Below are positions 1-4,667 of a DNA stretch of 5,584 nt, piece after piece. This stretch comes from Nostoc sp. PCC 7120 = FACHB-418 (GTDB lineage: Bacteria > Cyanobacteriota > Cyanobacteriia > Cyanobacteriales > Nostocaceae): NCBI RefSeq assembly GCF_000009705.1, contig NC_003241.1, forward strand, positions 1-5,584, in the 5' to 3' direction. The notes beneath the pieces were generated by a model. That model had not been told where the DNA came from and did no database searches. It saw only the letters and a list, made by a program, of their open reading frames with translations. Numbering within the stretch: position 1 is the stretch's first letter; the number at the start of each line of letters is the position of its first letter. A program made the translations under genes and the position numbers.

Positions 1-1449
1 TACGTAGCGCGTCAGAAGGCTTATCACCCAGTAGCTAATTACTTGTCATCCCTTGAAAACTATGGCATAGAACATAGCATAGAATATGGCACAGTTGATA
101 GCATAAAATATGCCATGTCTGCAATACTACAATCTGTTGCAGACATACACGATGACCTAGCACAAACTATTTTAATTAAATGGCTAGTATCAGGTGTAGC
201 GAGAATATTTGAACCTGGGTGTAAGGTTGACATGATGCCTATCTTCTACGGCAGACAGGGAATAGGTAAATCATCATTCTTGCGGGAATTATGCCCTCAA
301 TCGGATTGGTTTAGTGACGACCATTCTGGCACGGGTGATAAGGATGCAATGATGTTGCTCAATCAATTTTGGATTCTAGAGATAGCAGAGTTTGAGAAAA
401 TCTATTCCAAGAGTGATGCAGAAACATTAAAAGCAATTGTCACAAAACTCGCTGATACTTACCGCGCCCCATACGACAAAGATTTGGAGACACACTTCAG
501 AAGATGTATTCTCGCCGCTACAGCTAACAGTCAAGACTTCTTGCGTGACTCATCCGGCGATCGCCGTTACCCAGTTATTGCCCTTCACCAAAAAGTAAAC
601 ATACCCTTGCTGATTGAGAAACGGGATGAGCTTTGGTTTTATGCGATGCAATTGTATAGACTTGGCTACCAATGGCATACGACACCAGAAGAAGACGCAA
701 AGGTAAGCATCAATAACGCTGCTTATCGTGGTTACGACATATTCGGGGAAGCGGTAGCCGATGCGGTCAAGTTTCCTGGTTCACCTCACGGGCTGATGGA
801 GAAAACCCGTATCGATTATGTATGGGAGAAAATCAACGCTCACAAGTCACCGTTGCCAGACTTAACCCAAAAGGATAGCCGCGCTATTGCTAACGCTCTA
901 AAACAACTTGGCTACGAACAGAAAAACGTGTGGACTGACGGTAGTAGCAAGAAGTTCTGGGTACTTACCTCACCCATTACCTCATTACCTGAGTTTTCAG
1001 ACTCAGGGCAGGGTGAGGTAAGGCATACACAGCAAGAGTTACAGCCATTCCTTACCTCATTACCTCAAATAAAACTTTTGAAAAAAAATACTAAGGTAGC
1101 AGAGAGCATCGTCGATGATAATCCCTACGCTCACCTTGATGATGAAAAAGAAAGTTTAAAGTCAGGTAATGAGGTAATGGAAGCCTCAAACGTAGACACG
1201 GCAAGCCTTACCTCACCATTACCTGACCTTGTAGACTCAGGTAATGATGCAGGAAATGAGGTAAAAATCGGCGATCGCGTAACCCTGATGGTAGATCACA
1301 GTTTCGCGCTGGCAGGCACAGCATTAGAAGTTGTGGGCATCAATGACAGATACATCAGATGCTTAAGATGTGACCGCAAGCAAAATCAGCCAGCCAGCCT
1401 GAGGGAAATTATCGTACTAGCTGACCAAGTGCAGTTGACCAACTCATAA
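1..1449 (+). CDS. VirE-family (PF05272-like) P-loop NTPase/helicase part of a primase-helicase replicase. The 5' end is open at the window edge, and the TTG at 43 in the ORF track is not the real start.
   Basis: Frame 1 is open from base 1 (YVARQKAYHPVANYLSSL...). It carries the HPV-x-YL motif typical of VirE/D5-like helicases and a Walker A (GRQGIGKS, 250-273). Further family-like blocks are WILEIAEFE, YRAPYDK, ATANSQDFLRDSSGDRRYPV and RDELWFYA. An S/P/T/D/E-rich linker and a small C-terminal domain follow, with stop TAA at 1447-1449. Confidence 0.9.
   Translation, partial: YVARQKAYHPVANYLSSLENYGIEHSIEYGTVDSIKYAMSAILQSVADIHDDLAQTILIKWLVSGVARIFEPGCKVDMMPIFYGRQGIGKSSFLRELCPQSDWFSDDHSGTGDKDAMMLLNQFWILEIAEFEKIYSKSDAETLKAIVTKLADTYRAPYDKDLETHFRRCILAATANSQDFLRDSSGDRRYPVIALHQKVNIPLLIEKRDELWFYAMQLYRLGYQWHTTPEEDAKVSINNAAYRGYDIFGEAVADAVKFPGSPHGLMEKTRIDYVWEKINAHKSPLPDLTQKDSRAIANALKQLGYEQKNVWTDGSSKKFWVLTSPITSLPEFSDSGQGEVRHTQQELQPFLTSLPQIKLLKKNTKVAESIVDDNPYAHLDDEKESLKSGNEVMEASNVDTASLTSPLPDLVDSGNDAGNEVKIGDRVTLMVDHSFALAGTALEVVGINDRYIRCLRCDRKQNQPASLREIIVLADQVQLTNS
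61..120. repeat. Five degenerate 12-bp tandem repeats (iteron-like) inside the replicase CDS.
   Basis: The units are tatggcatagaa / catagcatagaa / tatggcacagtt / gatagcataaaa / tatgccatgtct. Units 1 and 2 match at 10 of 12 positions, as do units 2 and 4. They encode the 4-aa periodic peptide YGIE-HSIE-YGTV-DSIK-YAMS. Confidence 0.7.
115..146. repeat. Perfect 10-bp stem, 12-nt loop hairpin immediately after the 12-mer array.
   Basis: ATGTCTGCAA (115-124) and TTGCAGACAT (137-146). Confidence 0.7.
965..1264. repeat. Dense field of TTACCTCA / TGAGGTAA direct and inverted repeats inside the replicase linker-coding region.
   Basis: TTACCT occurs at 965, 977, 985, 1052, 1060, 1208 and 1219. AGGTAA occurs at 1016, 1164, 1172, 1239 and 1259. 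There is an 18-bp perfect inverted repeat: CCATTACCTCATTACCTG (974-991) with CAGGTAATGAGGTAATGG (1163-1180). There is also a palindrome CATTACCTGA-N10-TCAGGTAATG (1217-1246). Confidence 0.85.
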
Positions 1450-1475
1450 CGACTGCGACTTGCTTTTCAAAAGTA

Positions 1476-1700
1476 ATGGATCGCCTAATGCTTCCCTATT
1501 TTGGTAAGCAAATGGCAATAACCTGCGCTTATCGTTCAGCCGCTAAAATGAAAGCAAAAAAACCTGATATTGGTACGATTCCGGTATCAGGACTGATGCC
1601 CCATTACCGAGGTAGGCATACCAAGGCTTTGAGGGCAATTTATCCTACTCATTTGGGGAATCCGTGGGCATATCAAGTAGGTAGATTGGGGGGTGAATGA
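1476..1700 (+). CDS. Doubtful ORF (74 aa), more likely non-coding 3' UTR or terminator sequence.
   Basis: It has no SD and an odd basic composition. The lysine run comes from an A7 tract that belongs to a minus-strand intrinsic terminator (1556-1591) lying inside the ORF. Confidence 0.2.
   Translation: MDRLMLPYFGKQMAITCAYRSAAKMKAKKPDIGTIPVSGLMPHYRGRHTKALRAIYPTHLGNPWAYQVGRLGGE
1556..1591 (-). terminator. Rho-independent terminator for minus-strand transcription (RHH gene).
   Basis: Read on the minus strand, the sequence is CCTGATA-N15-TATCAGG followed directly by T7. On the plus strand this is the A7 at 1556-1562 and the stem arms at 1563-1569 and 1585-1591. It lies about 115 nt downstream of the RHH stop codon. 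Confidence 0.55.
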
Positions 1701-1705
1701 TAAGT

Positions 1706-1888
1706 TTAGGCTATGTTCTGCTGTTCACCTTCAATCAACTTTTTGATAGCCAGTGCAATCATATAGGATCTGCTACGGTCGTATTTTTTGGCTACTTCAT
1801 CCAACTGGTTAATTGTTTCTTGGTCGATCACAACGGATAACCTTGGTTTCTTACTTGGCATGACTCGCTTTTCTATCGATACAGCCAT
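1706..1888 (-). CDS. Ribbon-helix-helix (CopG/Arc/MetJ-like) DNA-binding protein, probably a transcriptional repressor or copy-number regulator.
   Basis: The 60-aa product has a basic N-terminus (PSKKPR), a beta-strand-like RLSVVID, then two helices (ETINQLDEVAKKY and SRSYMIALAIKKLIE). This is the classic RHH layout. An alternative start is at Met10 (1861). It is divergent from the 1979 operon across a 90-bp region that contains an inverted repeat. Confidence 0.75.
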   Translation of the reverse strand: MAVSIEKRVMPSKKPRLSVVIDQETINQLDEVAKKYDRSRSYMIALAIKKLIEGEQQNIA

Positions 1889-1913
1889 TGTATGTGAAAT
1901 CTGGTTATAGGTA

Positions 1914-1942
1914 TTGACGGGTAGTAACCTAAGCTATATAGT
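1914..1942 (+). promoter_or_regulatory. Sigma70-type promoter for the plus-strand operon.
   Basis: TTGACG (1914-1919), an exact 17-bp spacer, then TATAGT (1937-1942). This places it about 37 bp upstream of the ATG at 1979. Confidence 0.5.
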
Positions 1943-1972
1943 GATAGTCACAGTACACATCAGTTACTACCC
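1919..1972. promoter_or_regulatory. 10-bp perfect inverted repeat bracketing the -10 element. Candidate operator for the RHH protein.
   Basis: GGGTAGTAAC (1919-1928) and GTTACTACCC (1963-1972). CAGTAC also occurs twice (1951-1956 and 1972-1977), 21 bp apart. The repeats sit in the 90-bp divergent intergenic region. Confidence 0.45.
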
Positions 1973-1978
1973 AGTACC

Positions 1979-2278
1979 ATGACAATTGAATCAACAACGC
2001 TAACCACTAGCAAGCCTAAAAAGCGTAGGCGTGTCCAGCACTTGCCAATGGTGCAAGATGCGTCTCAAATGGTAGATATCGCGCTCAACCTCAAGTGTGA
2101 AACTGTATCTATTCAGTGGGATGAACTGCCAATTTACTCGCTATTTTCTATTAACCGCGATGGCAGCCACCCTAAGTTGAAAGTTTCAAAAGTAAGCTGT
2201 GTATCGCTTGCGGATAGTAAGCAGTATCACGTAAATCAGGACGTAGGCAATAGAATCTTTCGATTGCATATCATCTAA
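1979..2278 (+). CDS. Hypothetical protein (99 aa) with a basic N-terminus (KPKKRRR). First gene of the plus-strand operon.
   Basis: The ORF starts about 37 bp downstream of a good sigma70-like promoter (TTGACG-17-TATAGT). I recognise no domain and see no clear Shine-Dalgarno (SD) sequence. Confidence 0.55.
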   Translation: MTIESTTLTTSKPKKRRRVQHLPMVQDASQMVDIALNLKCETVSIQWDELPIYSLFSINRDGSHPKLKVSKVSCVSLADSKQYHVNQDVGNRIFRLHII

Positions 2279-2284
2279 TATCTA

Positions 2285-2340
2285 TTCCACATTTTATTGC
2301 ATATTTTATTTAATAGAATGTGGAACAAAATATGGAACAA
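2285..2340. promoter_or_regulatory. AT-rich intergenic element with an inverted repeat and TGGAACAA direct repeats.
   Basis: TTCCACAT (2285-2292) pairs with ATGTGGAA (2318-2325), and A/T pairs extend the stem. TGGAACAA occurs at 2321-2328 and 2333-2340, 12 bp apart. This is the most AT-rich stretch in the window. Confidence 0.35.
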
Positions 2341-2358
2341 TAAAAATACACACACATC

Positions 2359-2565
2359 ATGACTGAAAGCACTTTCAAGGATACACTTGCTCACACCCAA
2401 TTCGGCGCGAACGCTGATAAATTCGGCGGATGGGATACAGCGATGGAAGCGGCGGAAGCGGTAGAAACTGGCGACATTCAATCATTAAGAGATATCGCCA
2501 GTAATCATCCGGAGGCTACCCCATTAATAGAAAGAATAGTAACCGTATCATCTGAACATAGATAG
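2359..2565 (+). CDS. Hypothetical small acidic protein (68 aa).
   Basis: The ORF is co-oriented within the operon, and its stop overlaps the SD of the next gene. I recognise no domain and see no clear SD of its own. Confidence 0.5.
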   Translation: MTESTFKDTLAHTQFGANADKFGGWDTAMEAAEAVETGDIQSLRDIASNHPEATPLIERIVTVSSEHR

Positions 2566-2575
2566 GAGTGTAATC

Positions 2576-2839
2576 ATGAAGCGATTTCTAATAGGGTTCT
2601 TTTGGGAATGCCTAGCGTTTACCATTGACGTGAGCGACGCGGTTTGGCGCGAGTTCGGTGAACATTTCTTGTACGATATGGAAACATACACCAAGCAGGA
2701 TGTACACCCGTTGCGAGAGGTAGCGCGTGTTATCGGTCGAGGATTCGCTACATTCGCTCTGCCTATCCGAAAAAAGGCTCCAAGTTGGCAGAGATCAAGA
2801 ATGAGAACCAGTTTGGAGTGTATGCTCGATAAGGAATGA
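2576..2839 (+). CDS. Hypothetical protein (87 aa) with a hydrophobic N-terminus (FLIGFFWECLAFTI).
   Basis: AGGAG at 2564-2568 lies 7 nt before the ATG at 2576. The stop TGA overlaps the ATG of the following small ORF (ATGA at 2836-2839). Confidence 0.6.
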   Translation: MKRFLIGFFWECLAFTIDVSDAVWREFGEHFLYDMETYTKQDVHPLREVARVIGRGFATFALPIRKKAPSWQRSRMRTSLECMLDKE

Positions 2840-2964
2840 CATCATCTAACACGGTTGTAGCTACCTCAATTTTTATGATTGGGGTGGCTATTTTTTTACT
2901 GGCATTATCCCTCAATGATGCCCCCAAGATGCGATTAGAAATAAGGATTGAAATCAATGGATGA
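2836..2964 (+). CDS. Small predicted single-pass membrane protein (42 aa), not in the supplied ORF track.
   Basis: Hand translation gives MTSSNTVVATSIFMIGVAIFLLALSLNDAPKMRLEIRIEING. It has a 20-residue hydrophobic helix followed by a charged tail. There is an ATGA start/stop overlap with the upstream gene, and an 8-nt overlap with the ATG (2957) of the ATPase gene. That pattern suggests translational coupling. Confidence 0.4.
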   Translation: MTSSNTVVATSIFMIGVAIFLLALSLNDAPKMRLEIRIEING

Positions 2965-4129
2965 TAAGGAATTACTCACGCTAGATATGCCCCTCCAGCG
3001 TATGAAACGCAGTGCTTGGGTAGCGATGCCCTTACCCGACAGTAAGGCAGCAATACGCTTTATTGGGTGGGCATCAGGTAGGCTGGCTTTTATGGCATTG
3101 TCTACCAGTTTAAGCATTATCAAAAATGCTGCTAAAGCTGTTATTTGGATATCGGAAAAAATTGAAGATGGGTTAAAACTTCTCACCCATTACTATGATG
3201 CACTCCCTTACATGGGAATGCCTCAAGACACACTTACGCTTGAGGCAATACCAGCTAACCAGGGGGCTAGCAATCTTCAGACTCCATCTGTAGATATCCT
3301 AGCAGGTATCGCGGGGAAACACTTACTAATAATTGGCGATACGGGAAGCGGTAAAAGTACGATCGCTCAGTACATTGCTGCCAGGAATTCATCACAGATA
3401 AAAGTTTATGATGCTGATGCCGCGCCGGATGATTGGCAAGGCTTGAAAGTAGTCGGCAAGGGTGGCGATTTTGGCGAGATTAACGCATCAATGAACGCTG
3501 ATATTGATGAATTAGAAAATAGAATCAAACTGCGATCGCAATCTGGCGATAATGCGCTCACTGGCAAGGAACTTTGCATCATTGCTGAAGAATTCCCCAG
3601 TTTAAAGGATGAGTGTGAAATTGCACCGGAATGGCTGGGTAAGCTGGCTAGGAGGGGTAGAAAGCCAAAGATATTTGTCATCGCTTTGTCACAGTCGGAC
3701 AGTGTAAAAGCGCTTGGCATTGAGGGTGACGGCGCTATCCGGCAGAACTTCAAATACTTACGATTGGGTAAGTTCGCGGTACAACACGCCAAAAAACTGG
3801 GTAATGATGCCATGGTGAACTGGCTTCAATCTGGCAAGTATCGAGCGATGCTGGACGATGAGCCAGCGCAAATGCCATCAATAGATAGTACACTTTTAGT
3901 ACACACGAGGTTGCTTGATAGTCGCGCGATCGCCGGCGAAAATCCGCCGGAACCACCGCCGGAAATGGATCTAACCAATTTACCTCATTCGCTAAAACCA
4001 GCTATTTTGGCGCTAAAACAGGAGGGCTGGAGTGATAGCAAGCTAATCAAGGAGGTGCTTGGCTACTCCGGCGGGAATTATCAAAAGGGCAAATTGATTC
4101 TGGATGAGTTACTAGGCAGGGGACAATAG
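2957..4129 (+). CDS. FtsK/SpoIIIE/TraB-like P-loop DNA translocase ATPase with a C-terminal helix-turn-helix-like domain.
   Basis: Walker A is LLIIGDTGSGKST (3335-3361) and Walker B-like is LCIIAEEFPSL (3575-3592). The blocks RRGRKPKIFVIALSQSDS and GAIRQNFKYLRL are collinear with the FtsK motifs (RAaGIHlilATQRPS and IKaN.ptRiaf). A proline-rich linker (NPPEPPPE) precedes a roughly 50-aa helical tail. I prefer ATG 2957, which has AAGGA 9 nt upstream, over the tracked TTG at 2948. Confidence 0.85.
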   Translation: MDDKELLTLDMPLQRMKRSAWVAMPLPDSKAAIRFIGWASGRLAFMALSTSLSIIKNAAKAVIWISEKIEDGLKLLTHYYDALPYMGMPQDTLTLEAIPANQGASNLQTPSVDILAGIAGKHLLIIGDTGSGKSTIAQYIAARNSSQIKVYDADAAPDDWQGLKVVGKGGDFGEINASMNADIDELENRIKLRSQSGDNALTGKELCIIAEEFPSLKDECEIAPEWLGKLARRGRKPKIFVIALSQSDSVKALGIEGDGAIRQNFKYLRLGKFAVQHAKKLGNDAMVNWLQSGKYRAMLDDEPAQMPSIDSTLLVHTRLLDSRAIAGENPPEPPPEMDLTNLPHSLKPAILALKQEGWSDSKLIKEVLGYSGGNYQKGKLILDELLGRGQ

Positions 4130-4435
4130 ATGATTTCGATAAATTACGAGCAGAAAAATCTAAGGATGGCTAAGAAGGGTACACCGCGCATCAGCGCGGA
4201 TGCCTACGACCAGGCGGAAATCGAGCGATTGGCAGAAAACCATAAAACCATTCGGTATCATGCCAGCAATGGTTTTGAATTCTCTATTGGGGTAGACAGT
4301 CGCCGTGTGTTGACTGCGCGTACTCAGATAGACAGCCGCATACATTACCGTTACGTGGGAACAATCGAGACGGTATCCAAGGAGCAACTGGAAGCGATCG
4401 CCAACGAATTTAAAGAAATATATGAGGGCAAATGA
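4130..4435 (+). CDS. Hypothetical protein (101 aa). Last gene of the operon.
   Basis: The ATG directly abuts the TAG stop of the ATPase gene (TAGATG). A G-rich SD-like AGGGGA sits at 4118-4123. An intrinsic terminator follows. I recognise no domain. Confidence 0.6.
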   Translation: MISINYEQKNLRMAKKGTPRISADAYDQAEIERLAENHKTIRYHASNGFEFSIGVDSRRVLTARTQIDSRIHYRYVGTIETVSKEQLEAIANEFKEIYEGK

Positions 4436-4451
4436 TATGATGCCCAAAAGC

Positions 4452-4500
4452 AAAACCCCGACTGGTTTTAGCGTCTTCCTGTCGGGGCTTTGTTTATTTC
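4452..4500 (+). terminator. Rho-independent terminator of the 1979-4435 operon.
   Basis: The GC-rich stem pairs CCCCGAC(t)GG (4456-4465) with CC(t)GTCGGGG (4478-4487). The T-rich tract CTTTGTTTATTTCTT follows, and an A-run (4452-4455) precedes the stem. Confidence 0.65.
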
Positions 4501-4507
4501 TTATTCG

Positions 4508-4667
4508 GAGTGCCTACGAGTGCCTATCCATGCCATAGAAACATGAGTAGCGGAGGCTTTTGACCACTGAATTAATTATGCCATATAGGAACTGAATAGT
4601 ACAGTCCATGCCATAACTTTTCAGCAAAAGTCTTAACTTATGCAATAAGAGCAAGGGTAGGCACTCG
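4508..4667. promoter_or_regulatory. Repeat-rich intergenic control region upstream of the replicase gene. Candidate origin, operator or leader.
   Basis: Tandem GAGTGCCTA copies lie at 4508-4516 and 4518-4526, with an inverted copy TAGGCACTC(G) at 4658-4667. There are three ATGCCATA boxes (4530, 4578, 4608), two ACTGAAT copies (4566, 4591) and a hairpin ACTTTT-CAGC-AAAAGT (4616-4631). A possible -35 TTGACC lies at 4560-4565, but the -10 is weak. Confidence 0.5.

Noticed and set aside
43-45. The TTG at 43 is listed as the start of the 468-aa ORF.
   Set aside because: The frame is open from base 1, and the upstream residues (YVARQKAYHPVANY) belong to a conserved helicase motif. The gene is truncated by the window edge and does not start here.
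61-1264. The repeat clusters could be a CRISPR array.
   Set aside because: The units are only 8-18 bp and occur in both orientations with irregular spacing. They lie inside an intact coding frame. There are no repeat units of 28-37 bp, no spacers of uniform size and no cas genes.
1706-1888. The RHH protein could be the antitoxin of a toxin-antitoxin pair.
   Set aside because: No ORF of toxin size follows or precedes it on the minus strand. The downstream region holds only a terminator and a structured tail. A role as a stand-alone repressor or copy-control protein fits better.
2275-2481. Minus-strand 68-aa ORF.
   Set aside because: It overlaps the AT-rich intergenic region and the plus-strand 2359 ORF, and its composition is low-complexity (FHILFHILL). 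It is probably a shadow ORF.
2763-3186. Two minus-strand ORFs (2763..2957 and 2935..3186).
   Set aside because: They are antisense to the tightly coupled plus-strand genes, including the motif-supported ATPase N-terminus. They have no SD and no recognisable motifs, so they are probably shadow ORFs.
3406-3956. Minus-strand ORFs 3406..3813 (135 aa) and 3750..3956 (68 aa).
   Set aside because: They lie entirely antisense to the FtsK-like ATPase core, whose plus-strand frame carries collinear Walker A, Walker B and FtsK motifs. Their serine/alanine/proline-rich composition is typical of antisense frames.
3926-3964. GC-rich patch with the direct repeat CCGCCGGAA (3944-3952 and 3956-3964) and the palindrome CGCCGGCG.
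   Set aside because: The proline-rich linker (NPPEPPPE) and an overlapping HIP1 site explain it. Nothing suggests an independent element.
4160-4453. Minus-strand 97-aa ORF.
   Set aside because: It is antisense to the 101-aa plus-strand ORF, which is stop-start coupled to the ATPase gene and followed by a terminator. The minus-strand frame would begin just beside that terminator and has no signals of its own.
4437-4538. 33-aa plus-strand ORF (MMPKSKTPTGFSVFLSGLCLFLIRSAYECLSMP) with a hydrophobic stretch.
   Set aside because: It runs straight through the intrinsic terminator hairpin and U-tract and into the repeat boxes, and it has no SD. The terminator sequence itself generates the hydrophobic segment.
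4560-4589. Possible replicase promoter: TTGACC, 18 bp, TATAGG.
   Set aside because: The -35 is good, but every candidate -10 lacks the conserved final T. I kept it only as a note inside the regulatory-region finding, not as a called promoter.
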